Assembly (NCBI GenBank): GCA_963695335.1
Contig: OY968764.1
Location: forward strand, 1,088,001 to 1,152,000
Origin: an uncultured bacterium
GTDB taxonomy: Bacteria > Babelota > Babeliae > Babelales > Vermiphilaceae
Reading direction: 5' to 3'
Length of the DNA: 64,000 nucleotides
Shown here: piece by piece, positions 30,776 to 41,146 of the stretch
Layout of the letters: every line of letters starts with the position of its first letter
Numbering within the stretch: the stretch's first letter is position 1
The notes under the pieces: model-generated
Seen by the model: only the letters and a program-made list of their open reading frames with translations
What the model was told of the DNA's origin: nothing
Database searches by the model: none
Program-made: the position numbers and the translations under genes

Positions 30776-31636
30776 ATGCTGAATATCTTAACAAAAACAA
30801 AAATTATCCTTGCATGCCACATACTACTCATCTGTGCAACAACCCATGCAATGGAACTTGTTCCTCTAACGCCTACAGCAAAGAAAAATTTTCAGATACG
30901 TTGCCTTCAAGATATTTCTAAATTACCTCTTAAATACATACGTCCGTGTTTTAATCTTTTACCAGAAAAAAAGCGCCATGAACTTTTAACAACAAAAAAC
31001 AAAAACGGTATCCCTCTTGCAGAATCATTAATCTTTAATGTTGCTCTCTTAGAAGAAGAAAAAGTGCAACTCCAAATCCTTACATTTATGATGGATGGCG
31101 ATGAACTTTCAGCTCATCTATTTCACAAAAAACCGTTTTGGTACGTACAAAGAAGATATCACTCTGCAAAAAAAATGATTGAAAAATCATCATTAATAAA
31201 GCAACCCATTGCGCTACTGTTTAGATTGCCTATAGAGCAACAAAAAGAAATAATGGGTATTGTAACGCCAAGTTTTACATCTCAGTTAATGAATGATACT
31301 GCGATCATAATTCATGAATACAAGGAAGAAGAAATTAAACTCTATGATCAAGAAATTCAAAAAAGTTTTTTTGCTAATGAAAATATCAAAATAATGACAC
31401 GTACTGCACGAAATAACATTACTGAAAAAGCTTGTAAACCATATATCTTAGGTGCAATATCAGGAATGGCATGCGGAGGAATTTCAATAGTTGCAACACA
31501 TATCAGTGGAAATAATGCTAGTCTCATTCTACAGATTCTGCCCCCAATGGGAGGAGGAGCTCTTATAGGACTAATCTGTGGCCATATTTATTATACATGC
31601 GTAGCTAAAAAAGAAGCTCAGCTCATTAACATTTAA
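30776..31636 (+). CDS. Secreted/membrane protein; paralog of 27968..28801
   Basis: THA-ME signal; LAESLIFNVALL versus LSDSFTFNVALL; VTPSFTSQL versus INPSFGTRL; two C-terminal TM segments. Confidence 0.72.
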   Translation: MLNILTKTKIILACHILLICATTHAMELVPLTPTAKKNFQIRCLQDISKLPLKYIRPCFNLLPEKKRHELLTTKNKNGIPLAESLIFNVALLEEEKVQLQILTFMMDGDELSAHLFHKKPFWYVQRRYHSAKKMIEKSSLIKQPIALLFRLPIEQQKEIMGIVTPSFTSQLMNDTAIIIHEYKEEEIKLYDQEIQKSFFANENIKIMTRTARNNITEKACKPYILGAISGMACGGISIVATHISGNNASLILQILPPMGGGALIGLICGHIYYTCVAKKEAQLINI

Positions 31637-31721
31637 TATTTTATTACTCAACATTTTTTGCAATATCCCTTATTCTTATAAGACATAAGCTTGAACAAAT
31701 TTTTAGGGACAAAAACAGAAC

Positions 31722-34700
31722 ATGTCGCAGCAACATTTTACGCATTTACATCTTCATACCGAATATTCACTCCTTGATGGTGCAATATCACTTGATAAAC
31801 TTGTTGAGTTTGGTAAAGCAACACAACTATAAAGCACTTGCCATTACCGATCATGGCAATATTTTTGGCGCAGTTAAATTTTTTCAAAAATGTAAAAAAG
31901 CTGGCATCAAACCAATTTTGGGCATGGAAGCTTATTTTACAGAAGATGCAAAAGTAAAAAATGCTGAAAAAAAATATTATCATCTCATTTTGCTCGTGCA
32001 AAATGAAATAGGGTACAAAAATCTTTGTAAACTCATCTCATATTCATATCAAGAAGGATTTTATTTTAAACCACGCATCGATTACGACATTCTTGAAAAA
32101 CATTCAGAAGGCCTTATTGTCACCACCGCATGTCTTGGTGGCCATATTCCTAAGCTATTAATGTCACGATCAAATCAGCAGAAGCAGAAGAGCGTATTGA
32201 TTGGTTTTTAAGAGTATTTGGCCGAGATCGATTTTATCTTGAAGTGCAACCAGAAGATCAACAAGAACAAGTTATTTTAAATCAAAAATTGTTTGAGTTG
32301 GCGCAACGAAAAAAATATTAATTGTGTTGCTGCAGGCGATTGCCATTATGTTGCGCTCGATGATCATGAAGCGCATGAAATTATGCTTGCAATTCAAACA
32401 CAATCACAAATTGACTGATCCCGATCGCTTCATTTGGTGATTGCCGCGTGTACATGCGCACCACAGAAGAAATGCTTGATGAATTTAAAGATCATCCAGA
32501 AGCGGTGTGGAATGCTGGCGTAATTGCTGATATGTGTAATTTTGATTTTGAAACAGATAAACTCTTTTTCCCACAATTTGAAATTCCTGCAGAACATACA
32601 CAAGAAACATATTTTGCACACATGTGCCGCATAGGTCTGCAACGATTAATAGACCAAAAACTTATTCCACAAGATCAAATAGAAGCATATCGATGCACGG
32701 CTTAGAATTAGAAATCGATCTGATTATCAGCATGGGATTTGTTGGTTACTTTTTGGTAGTGAGTGATTTTATTCAATGGGCAAAACGCAATGGCATTCCT
32801 GTTGGCCCTGGCCGTGGTTCTGCAGCAGGATCACTAGTTGCATGGGCATTGCAAATTACTGATATTGATCCACTTAAATATAATCTTCTTTTTGAACGAT
32901 TTTTAAATCCTGAACGTGTCAGCATGCCTGATATCGATATCGATTTTTGTATTGAAGGGCGTGAAAAAGTTATTCAATATGTGCGTGATAAATATGGCCA
33001 TGACAAAGTGTGTCAAATCATCACCTTTGGTACCATGATGGCAAAAGGTGTTATCAAAGATGTTGCACGTGTACTTGGATTTTCATTTGAAGATTCAAAT
33101 GCAATCACCAATCTTGATTCCTGAACAACTTAAAATTACGCTTAATGAAGCATTAGAACAAGAACCACGCTTAAAGAATTGATCGACAATAATCCACAAG
33201 TACCAAACATATTTTTGATATCGCATTTAAACTTGAAGGCCTAACCCGCCATGCATCAAAACATGCTGCTGGCATTGTGATTTCACCAGAACCAATTGAT
33301 GAAGTATTACCAGTTTATATTCCACCAAAAAGCAATGAATTGGTGACGCAATATGCAATGACTGAACTTGAAAGCATTGGATTTCTAAAAATGGATTTTT
33401 TGGGACTTAAAAACTTAACGCTCATTGATCGAGTACTGCAACTGATCAAAAAAAATCATAATGTTATGCTTGATATGAATAAACTCCCACTTGATGATGC
33501 AAAAACATTTGCACTGATTTGCGAAGGTAAAACATCAGGAGTGTTCCAGTTAGAATCTAATGGCCTAAAAGAAGTATTACGCAAACTGAAACCAGAAAAA
33601 TTTGAAGATATTATTGCGGTAAACGCACTGTATCGCCCAGGACCACTTGGTCTGGCATGGTCGATGATTTTATTGAACGTAGACATGGCGCAAAAAATTA
33701 AATATCTATTCCCTGAACTAGAACCAATTTTAGCAAGAAACATATGGTGTTATTGTATACCAAGAACAGGTAATGAAAATTGCTTCTGCAATTGGTGGTT
33801 ATTCACTTGGCGAAGCGGATATTTTACGCCGTGCAATGGGTAAGAAAAAAGCAGAAGAGATGGCAGAACAAAGTGCAATATTTGTTGAAAAAGCAACCGC
33901 ACGCAATTTTGATGGTAAAAAAGCAGAAGAACTTTTTGATCTAATGGCATATTTTGCTGGATACGGTTTTAATAAATCACACTCTGCTGCTTATGCACTT
34001 ATTGCCTATCAAACCGCATATCTAAAAGCAAACTATTTACCTGAATTTATGGCATGTCTTATTTCTTTAGAAGCCACGCATCCAGAAAAAATGTCATTCT
34101 ACTTACAAGAAGCAAAAGATTTAGGCATTACATTGTTGCCACCAGATATCAATAGATCAAGCATTGATTTTTCTGTTGTTGATGGCAACATTTTATTTGG
34201 ATTACAGGGAATTAAAAATGTTGGCCTTGCAGCGCTTGAAAATATTATTGAAGAACGCAGTAAAAAAGGCCCATTTAAAGATTTACTCGATTTTTGTAAA
34301 CGTGTAGATCTGCGCACAGCAAATAAGCGAGTGATTGAAAGTCTTATTTGTGCAGGTGCATTTGATACACTGCCCGGCAACCGTGCGCAAAAATACAAAG
34401 ACGTTGAACATATCATTGATCTTGCAACTACTCATAAAAAAAATAGCCTCACCGGGCAAATGGATTTATTTTCTATGGGCAAAAAAAATAGTGGTAGCGA
34501 CGATGAGTTACATATATTCTCTGCGTTGTCAGAATGGTCTGATAAAGAAAAGCTAGAAAAAGAACGGGAAGTTATCGGTTTTTACATCAGCTCACATCCA
34601 CTCGAAACGTATAAAAAACAGTGTGCATGGTTTGCTATTGAATCATTTGAAACTGCAACGGAAAAAGCAAAAAAAGCATCCGGAGAACATACAACGCTCT

Positions 34701-35173
34701 GCTGCGGACTGCTTAAAACACGCAAAGACATTGTCACCAAAAAAGGTGATCGCATGTCTTTCTTACAATTTGAAGATATGTCTGGAACTGCTGAAATTAT
34801 TGCGTTTCCCAAAACATTTGCAAAAGCCGAAAAATGGTTGAGTTCCTACCATGTTTTTATCATCAAAGGTACAGTTGATACTGAAGTAGAAACTGGTTGT
34901 AAAATAAAAGCTAATGATATTGTTCCTATTGAATTGGTGCTCAGCGAATGGCCGAATATTGAATATATATCACTTGTGCTACCAGATGAAGCAACAGAAG
35001 AAACAGTGACAGCTATTAAAGAGCTGATGACCAAAGGAACTTCTCCGCTGCATGTTATTTTCCATGAAAATGAAAAAAAATTGCGCTTAACAACAAAAGA
35101 AAAAATTCTTTTGAATGCTGAAAGTGCGCAAGCTTTGGAACAGTATAATATTACGATACAGTGTGGTTTATAA
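31722..35173 (+). CDS. dnaE: DNA polymerase III alpha subunit, with roughly ten apparent frameshifts in 31.8-33.75 kb
   Basis: [15 protein letters not shown] from ATG 31722, [49 protein letters not shown] found in successive frames. Confidence 0.93.
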
Positions 35174-35178
35174 TTTGA

Positions 35179-35265
35179 CGTTCGTTTACTTCGACAAGCT
35201 CAGTACGAACGGGATATAAATTTTTTTCTCTCCGTTCGTGGTGAGCCTGTCGAACCATACGAACG
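35179..35265. repeat. Family A variant pair (CGTTCG form) between convergent genes
   Basis: CGTTCGTTTACTTCGACAAGCTCAGTACGAACGG...CCGTTCGTGGTGAGCCTGTCGAACCATACGAACG. Confidence 0.88.
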
Positions 35266-35272
35266 ATAAAAA

Positions 35273-35791
35273 TTACTTCCCCAAATACTCAACCGCATGC
35301 TCATGCAGAACATCAAAATGTTCTCGTAGCACAACAACAAAATCTTCAACATGTTTTTTATTCTGATCAAGATCATCAAGCATCTGTTCAAGCCACTGTT
35401 TTTTTTGTCCAAAAGAATCAACGAGCACCTGCACATGTGCTTGTACTTTTATAACCATTCCTAAGGAAAGATAAAGCTGAATCAACTGACGATGAAGTGA
35501 CATTTCCGCAGGCTGCAAAACAACCAAATGTTCACCAACCGCAGCAGCCTCAAGAAAACGATGAGATTTTTTATACGCTTCCATTGCCTGATAATACAAC
35601 GCAACCGCTAATTCCGTTTCACCAAAAGAACAATAAATATCAGCCTCAAGCTGATATTTAATAGCATTATCATTAAAAGAGTGAGAAAGCAGGCGGTATA
35701 CACCTAATGCGCGCTCTTTTTCACCACGAGACACGCATTCAGCAATTTTAAACCATGCAATATTATGTTTATCAAATTGCGCCTGCTTCAT
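35273..35791 (-). CDS. TPR-like helical repeat protein
   Basis: EADIYCSFGETELAVALYYQAME-type helical repeats. Confidence 0.7.
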   Translation of the reverse strand: MKQAQFDKHNIAWFKIAECVSRGEKERALGVYRLLSHSFNDNAIKYQLEADIYCSFGETELAVALYYQAMEAYKKSHRFLEAAAVGEHLVVLQPAEMSLHRQLIQLYLSLGMVIKVQAHVQVLVDSFGQKKQWLEQMLDDLDQNKKHVEDFVVVLREHFDVLHEHAVEYLGK

Positions 35792-35810
35792 ATGTCACCC
35801 TCTGTTTTAA

Positions 35811-36116
35811 TTATTTTTTCTCAGCACTATTGGTACGCTGCAAAACTCGTGTTTTTATGTTTTCTTCTTTTACAAAAACGTCACTTTCTCGCGACTGGCT
35901 TCTTACACGACTATACACAGGTGAATCTTCTCTTTTCAAAGGCGAATCCACACTCAAAGTCTCACCATCTGTTAGCCGTCGGCCTTTGGTGACAGGTTGT
36001 AATGGAGTCCCACTACTTTTACGAGGAGATAATTTAATGACTTGACTAGATTGTTCCATTGAACACAAAAAAGAAGATGCTGTTATGCTTACCAGCATCA
36101 AAAGCACTTTGTTCAT
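35811..36116 (-). CDS. Small secreted basic Ser/Pro-rich protein
   Basis: MNKVLLMLVSITASSFLCS-ME signal; AAGGA RBS. Confidence 0.7.
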   Translation of the reverse strand: MNKVLLMLVSITASSFLCSMEQSSQVIKLSPRKSSGTPLQPVTKGRRLTDGETLSVDSPLKREDSPVYSRVRSQSRESDVFVKEENIKTRVLQRTNSAEKK

Positions 36117-36289
36117 CGTATTTCCTTTTTTATTAAATACTCGCGACAAATATGTGAATAAAAAAATTTACCACGATAAAACAGAATTAACAATAAACAA
36201 AAAAGATATGCAAGAATTTTTAAAATAAGAATTTTAATGGAAAAGAAAAAAGATTTAATCTGACTTTTTATTAGTTAGTCTAGCATACA

Positions 36290-36343
36290 CCTTCGATCCG
36301 TTTTCGCCTACGGCTTCTTCGGACTCACGCTACGTCGGACAGT
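36290..36343 (+). repeat. Degenerate family B copies, apparently one nested in another
   Basis: TCCG TTTTCG CCTACGG CTTCTT CGGA CTCA within CCTTCG...CTACGT CGGA CAGT. Confidence 0.55.
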
Positions 36344-36394
36344 CTTCGCTTCTGCTATCAAACTTTTTATATTATCAAAGTTATTATACTGCGG

Positions 36395-36429
36395 CGCAGC
36401 CAGACGAAGCTCGTTAGAGCGAAGACTGG
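36395..36429 (-). repeat. Family B hairpin fused to the tRNA-Phe CCA
   Basis: Minus strand CCAG TCTTCG CTCTAACGAG CTTCGT CTGG CTGCG. Confidence 0.82.
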
Positions 36430-36501
36430 TGCCGGGAGTCGGAATTGAACCAACGACGCGAAGCTCTTCAGGCTTCCGCTCTACCACTGAGCTACCCCGG
36501 C
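36427..36501 (-). tRNA. tRNA-Phe (GAA)
   Basis: GCCGGGG/CCCGGC acceptor, GAAGC-CTGAAGA-GCTTC anticodon arm, GTTCAA, ACCA. Confidence 0.96.
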
Positions 36502-36569
36502 GATGACAAAAAACTATCAATGTATGCAATTATGGTACCTGTTTGTAGGTTTTTGTCAATAAAAAGTGA

Positions 36570-37328
36570 CTATTTCTTCTTACAATATAAAGGCTTCGCC
36601 CTTCCCGCCTTCATAGCCTTAGGAACTGGGATCAAATCTCCCGTAATAACATCAAAAATATATGCATATATTGGAATGTTTGATGGTATCAATGGATGAT
36701 TACGAATTTTTTTAACGTCTTCAAGCATTGATTCAGCCAATCCATGGTTAATAGTGCGCCAATCAATACATCCATCTTTACATGGATTTGTTCCACAGCA
36801 ACTGCTAATATTAACCCACTTACATGCACTATTAGGCTCTAATGGACACAATGTTGTGTTACAGTTTTTAATAAGTTTTGCTTTCACTAAACTGCCGCGT
36901 AATAAATTATTCATAACATGATCAGTAAATTTCTGCATACCACAATCAGTGTGTTGGATAAGCATGATTTGTTCTACTTCAAGCAATTTATAAAGAATAA
37001 TAATTGACCTAATCCAATCTTCAGTCACCCTTCCTCCAGCATTACGCAAAATATACGTCCCAGGAGTCACTGTACTTAAAAAATCATTCAAACGATAATC
37101 CATACAGGTAATAATAGCCGCTTTTCTTACAGAAAACATATCCGGTTGAGGAATATATGTTTCTTCAAAAACGTCATCTGCGGCTAAAACTTGTGCAAGA
37201 AATTCACTATTTTCTGCATTGATAACTTCTTCATGCTTATTGCAAGGTGCCAACTTCTTTCTCGTGACATCATCATCACAAAGCGTAAGCATGCCACACA
37301 TCAGTAATGGCAATAACAATCTCTTCAT
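36570..37328 (-). CDS. Beta-class carbonic anhydrase with signal peptide
   Basis: ITCMDYRL, LRNAGGRVT, HTDCGM zinc motifs; start MKRLLLPLLMCGMLTLC after AAGGAG. Confidence 0.9.
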   Translation of the reverse strand: MKRLLLPLLMCGMLTLCDDDVTRKKLAPCNKHEEVINAENSEFLAQVLAADDVFEETYIPQPDMFSVRKAAIITCMDYRLNDFLSTVTPGTYILRNAGGRVTEDWIRSIIILYKLLEVEQIMLIQHTDCGMQKFTDHVMNNLLRGSLVKAKLIKNCNTTLCPLEPNSACKWVNISSCCGTNPCKDGCIDWRTINHGLAESMLEDVKKIRNHPLIPSNIPIYAYIFDVITGDLIPVPKAMKAGRAKPLYCKKK

Positions 37329-37347
37329 CGGAACTCCTTTGTTTGTA

Positions 37348-37440
37348 TTCGTGGTAAGCCTGTTTAATCCCATCTTCAGTTTCTTTCAACGGGGACCCCG
37401 ATTGGAACAAAGTGGAAATTGGGGCAAAACCATACGAACG
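37348..37440 (+). repeat. Family A variant arm with family C inserted (37364-37424)
   Basis: TTCGTGGTAAGCCTGT[TTAATCCCATC..CGGGGACCCCGATT..AATTGGGG]CAAAACCATACGAACG versus the empty copy at 35232. Confidence 0.87.
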
Positions 37441-37554
37441 CTCTTTTTATTTATCTTTCACTATTCTATAATTCATATCAAATTGCCAAGGATATCATTC
37501 TTTGTTATCTTGTTTACATATAAAAACCACTTTTTTATCCTTGCGGAATAATGT

Positions 37555-38592
37555 ATGAAAAGCCTCTCACAAGAACTTGAAATAATTAAAAAAGAACTTA
37601 CGGCAGCCATTGCCGCTGCAACCAATGAAAGCTCCTTGGAAGCAGTCCGTGTTGCATTTTTAGGCCGTAAAGGCAAAATTGCTGACCTCATGGAGCAGCT
37701 TAAAAATTTATCTATCGATGAAAAAAAAATAGTTGGTCCACTTCTCAACCAACTCAAAACAGATGCTCAGCAACAACTTGATGATCGCATAACATCACTC
37801 AAACAAGAAGAATCTGCTCAGAAAAAATTATCTCACAAAAATTTTGATGTTTCTGCATACAAACACACCGAACTTAAAGGAACATCTCATATTTACACTC
37901 AAATCATCGCTGATCTAGAAGATATTTTTATATCTATGGGATATAACATAGCTGATGGCCCTGAAGTGGAAAATGAGTTCTATAACTTTGAATCACTCAA
38001 TATTCCTGCAGATCATCCAGCGCGCGAGGCAGAAGATTCATTCTTTTTAGAAAAAAAGGGTCTTCTTTTGCGCACACAATGTTCTAACGTGCAAGTTCGC
38101 GTTATGCAAAACTCCCAACCCCCCATTGCTATCTTTTCACCAGGAAGAACGTATCGACAAGAAGCAACGGATCAAACACATGATTATCAATTCACACAGT
38201 ACGAAGTGATGCTTATTGATAAAAATATATCAGTGAGCAATTTGCTTGCCACTGCGCGCACTTTTCTACAAAGAATATTAGACAATGACACTATCGAAAT
38301 CAGAGCGCGTCCTGGATTTTTCCCATTTGTCGAACCAGGAATAGAAATTGATGCTTCATGTCCTTTCTGCACAACAGGTTGCTCTGTTTGCAAGCATACA
38401 CGCTGGATTGAGCTGTTTGGTAGCGGCATCATTCATCCTAATGTACTACGTGCTGGTGGCATTGACCCAACTGTTTATTCTGGATTTGCATTGGGTGGTG
38501 GTGTTGAACGCCTTGCCATGATTAAATATGGCATTAATGATATTCGCTTGTTCCATTCCAGCAAAATAAAATTCTTAAACCAGTTTGCTTAA
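37555..38592 (+). CDS. pheS: Phenylalanine--tRNA ligase alpha subunit
   Basis: FLGRKG, NFESLNIPADHPAR, LLRTQ, FPFVEPG, GFALGGGVERLAM. Confidence 0.97.
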   Translation: MKSLSQELEIIKKELTAAIAAATNESSLEAVRVAFLGRKGKIADLMEQLKNLSIDEKKIVGPLLNQLKTDAQQQLDDRITSLKQEESAQKKLSHKNFDVSAYKHTELKGTSHIYTQIIADLEDIFISMGYNIADGPEVENEFYNFESLNIPADHPAREAEDSFFLEKKGLLLRTQCSNVQVRVMQNSQPPIAIFSPGRTYRQEATDQTHDYQFTQYEVMLIDKNISVSNLLATARTFLQRILDNDTIEIRARPGFFPFVEPGIEIDASCPFCTTGCSVCKHTRWIELFGSGIIHPNVLRAGGIDPTVYSGFALGGGVERLAMIKYGINDIRLFHSSKIKFLNQFA

Positions 38593-38666
38593 ACCCAATT
38601 CTCTTGAATAGCACGCACCTATTTTATTATATTAACCCAGAGTCTATCTTGAAATTTAATCCTTCC

Positions 38667-38740
38667 CGCTCGTCCTGAGCCTGTCGAAGGATATCTTCGA
38701 GCGCTCGAAAGATACCCTTCAACAAGTTCAGGGCCAGCGC
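38667..38740. repeat. Family A inverted pair with central palindrome
   Basis: CGCTCGTCCTGAGCCTGTCGAAGGA-TATCTTCGAGCGCTCGAAAGATA-CCCTTCAACAAGTTCAGGGCCAGCGC. Confidence 0.9.
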
Positions 38741-38798
38741 ATGAAAAGAATTTATAAAGATAAATTCGTAAAAAATAGGGAAAAAGAAAGGGATTGTG

Positions 38799-39743
38799 AT
38801 GAAAAAGTTATTATCCACTGTTTGCATGCTTTCTCTAGCACAAACATCTCAAACTATGGAAACCGCTATGAAAATAAATAAAGCTGTTATTCCTGCTGCT
38901 GGTCTTGGAACACGTTTTTTACCTTACACAAAATCAATTCCAAAAGAAATGCTACCCATCTTAGAAAAACCATCAATCCAAATAATTGTTGAAGAAGGCC
39001 TTGGGTGTGGAATCAATGATTTTATTATTATCGCTAATGATGATAAACAAGCGCTGAAAAACTTTCTTTCTCATCAACCAGCACTTGAAAATGAACTTGC
39101 TGAACGAGGAAAATTAAATCTTCTTGAAGATCTCAACAAAATTATCGATGCGGCACAATTTAATTTTGTTCCACAATCAAAAGCACTTGGCCTTGGCCAT
39201 GCTGTACTCCAAACAAAAAGCGCTGTTGGTGACGAATATTTTGGTATTTTTTTACCTGATGAAATTATGGTTGGTGAAGTTCCTGCACTTGCACAACTTA
39301 TTGAAGTTGCACAAAAATATAACGCTTCAGTTATTGGGGTGCTCGAAGTTCCTCACGATAAAGTGTCATCATACGGTATTATTTCTATCAGAGAACAGTT
39401 AGAAGATGGAGTTTTTGACGTTGCTGAATTAGTTGAAAAACCTGCAGTTGAGCGAGCACCATCAAATTTAGCAATTGTAGGCCGTTATATTCTTTCTCCG
39501 CGCATTTTTGCTTCTTTGGAACGCACCAAACCTGGCGCCGGCAATGAAATTCAATTAACTGATGGAATTCTTGATATGATGCGCAATGGTGAGCGTGTTA
39601 TTGCATACGTTATGAATACATCACGTTATGATGTTGGCAATCCACTTGGATGGCTCCAAGCAAATATTGATATTGGATTTAAAAACCCAAAACTTGGCCC
39701 TGCTTTAAAAGAATATTGCGCGAAATTAATGGCAACTAAATAA
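38799..39743 (+). CDS. galU: UTP--glucose-1-phosphate uridylyltransferase with a signal-like N-terminal extension (alternative start 38868)
   Basis: KAVIPAAGLGTRFLP, PKEMLP, GLGHAV, VEKP, GAGNEIQLTD. Confidence 0.95.
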   Translation: MKKLLSTVCMLSLAQTSQTMETAMKINKAVIPAAGLGTRFLPYTKSIPKEMLPILEKPSIQIIVEEGLGCGINDFIIIANDDKQALKNFLSHQPALENELAERGKLNLLEDLNKIIDAAQFNFVPQSKALGLGHAVLQTKSAVGDEYFGIFLPDEIMVGEVPALAQLIEVAQKYNASVIGVLEVPHDKVSSYGIISIREQLEDGVFDVAELVEKPAVERAPSNLAIVGRYILSPRIFASLERTKPGAGNEIQLTDGILDMMRNGERVIAYVMNTSRYDVGNPLGWLQANIDIGFKNPKLGPALKEYCAKLMATK

Positions 39744-39745
39744 GT

Positions 39746-40951
39746 TTATATATGCAGCTCCTGATAGCCATTATCATAAACCTTAGAATAACTATAGCCA
39801 AAAACTTGATGCTGATCTTTATGATCCTGCAACATTTTGGCTATTTCTTTTCTCTCATCACTCACCTTAGGAGCATGGAAAAGATGCTTTAACTTGGGGG
39901 TATTATAATCAATCGCTGTTTTACCTTTCTTATCTTTTAAACGCACATCAGCATCTGCACTATTCAAAAGCTCCATAACCGCCTCAAGATTTTCTTTCTT
40001 AACTGCATAATGCAGTGGAGTCTTTTCATAAAAATCTCTACCATTCACATATGCACCTTTTTCAAGCGCTTTTTTTATAACAGTATCAAACCCACGCTCA
40101 GCAGCATAATGTAACACAGATTTTTTACCATCTTTGGTAGCACTTTCAACGGGTAAAATATCTTTATCAATTAAATCAAACAATACCTGCTCATCAGCAT
40201 AAAATATAACATATGGGAATGCTCTATCATCTACACAACCTCCACACATATTTTTTATAAGGTCCGTATTATGTGATAAAGATGCATTATAAAATATAGC
40301 ATCTATGTCATAATCTGTGCCTGTTTTTAACAAATCAAATACAGTTAATCCACTTTCTGACAAAATTGTATTAGCTTTATCTATTTTCTTAGAATCTTGA
40401 GAATCTATTGCTTCCCTTACATAGCGGAACATACGCCTATGAATATTTTTTAAACGACTATAATGCTCACGATAGCAACGCATTTCCTCTTGTATTGTTA
40501 TTTCTGGCTTTCGATGATGCGCTTTTTCCCCTTTTATTATTACCTCATACTTCTTTTTGTTTTTTCTAATACATCTTTCAATATCGCCCTTTCTTATATT
40601 TCTATGATGAAACCATACATGCTTGAACATCTGTTCATCATACCTCAGCGCAAAATGAACCAACATCTTAGTACATTGATAATAACTCTTCGCACAATGA
40701 TTACATGCATATGTTGAACACACATCATCACGCGAATAGGAACAATTCCGATCGGTATCATACAACTGATTATAATATTTAGATAATTGTTTAAGACGGG
40801 ATATCTCCTGAAACGTAAGCCATGATTGTATCTGATTACGAGCAATATCTTGGGGCAATAACATCATACTTGATGTTACCGGTTTATTTTTTTCCATGGA
40901 ATATAAAGGGCTCATGATAACAATGAACAATACTATAAACTGTTTGTACAT
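39746..40951 (-). CDS. Secreted ankyrin-repeat protein with N-terminal F-box-like motif
   Basis: LYS-ME signal; LLPQDIARNQIQSWL; SVLHYAAERG and KTPLHYAVK ANK repeats. Confidence 0.85.
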   Translation of the reverse strand: MYKQFIVLFIVIMSPLYSMEKNKPVTSSMMLLPQDIARNQIQSWLTFQEISRLKQLSKYYNQLYDTDRNCSYSRDDVCSTYACNHCAKSYYQCTKMLVHFALRYDEQMFKHVWFHHRNIRKGDIERCIRKNKKKYEVIIKGEKAHHRKPEITIQEEMRCYREHYSRLKNIHRRMFRYVREAIDSQDSKKIDKANTILSESGLTVFDLLKTGTDYDIDAIFYNASLSHNTDLIKNMCGGCVDDRAFPYVIFYADEQVLFDLIDKDILPVESATKDGKKSVLHYAAERGFDTVIKKALEKGAYVNGRDFYEKTPLHYAVKKENLEAVMELLNSADADVRLKDKKGKTAIDYNTPKLKHLFHAPKVSDERKEIAKMLQDHKDQHQVFGYSYSKVYDNGYQELHI

Positions 40952-41146
40952 AATCAATACATCCTCACTTTGTTTTTTTGAACATAAAACAAATAACAAT
41001 TATGTACAACGTCAAGAATCAAAAAATCAAGAAAAAGGAGAGAAACCCCGCAACAACAACCATCACCCTTGTATTATCACCCTCAAAAATTATATCTTAT
41101 GAATATCAAGCTCTTTGCGTCATAAGCCTAACGATTAAGGGTGGCA

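Noticed and set aside
35811..36116. CDK-like sites (SPRK, SPLK) as host-kinase mimicry
   Set aside because: Short motifs expected by chance in a Ser/Pro/Lys-rich sequence; no further support.
37329..37373. Longer N-terminus for the carbonic anhydrase
   Set aside because: Derives partly from the A/C repeat; the RBS supports a start at 37328.
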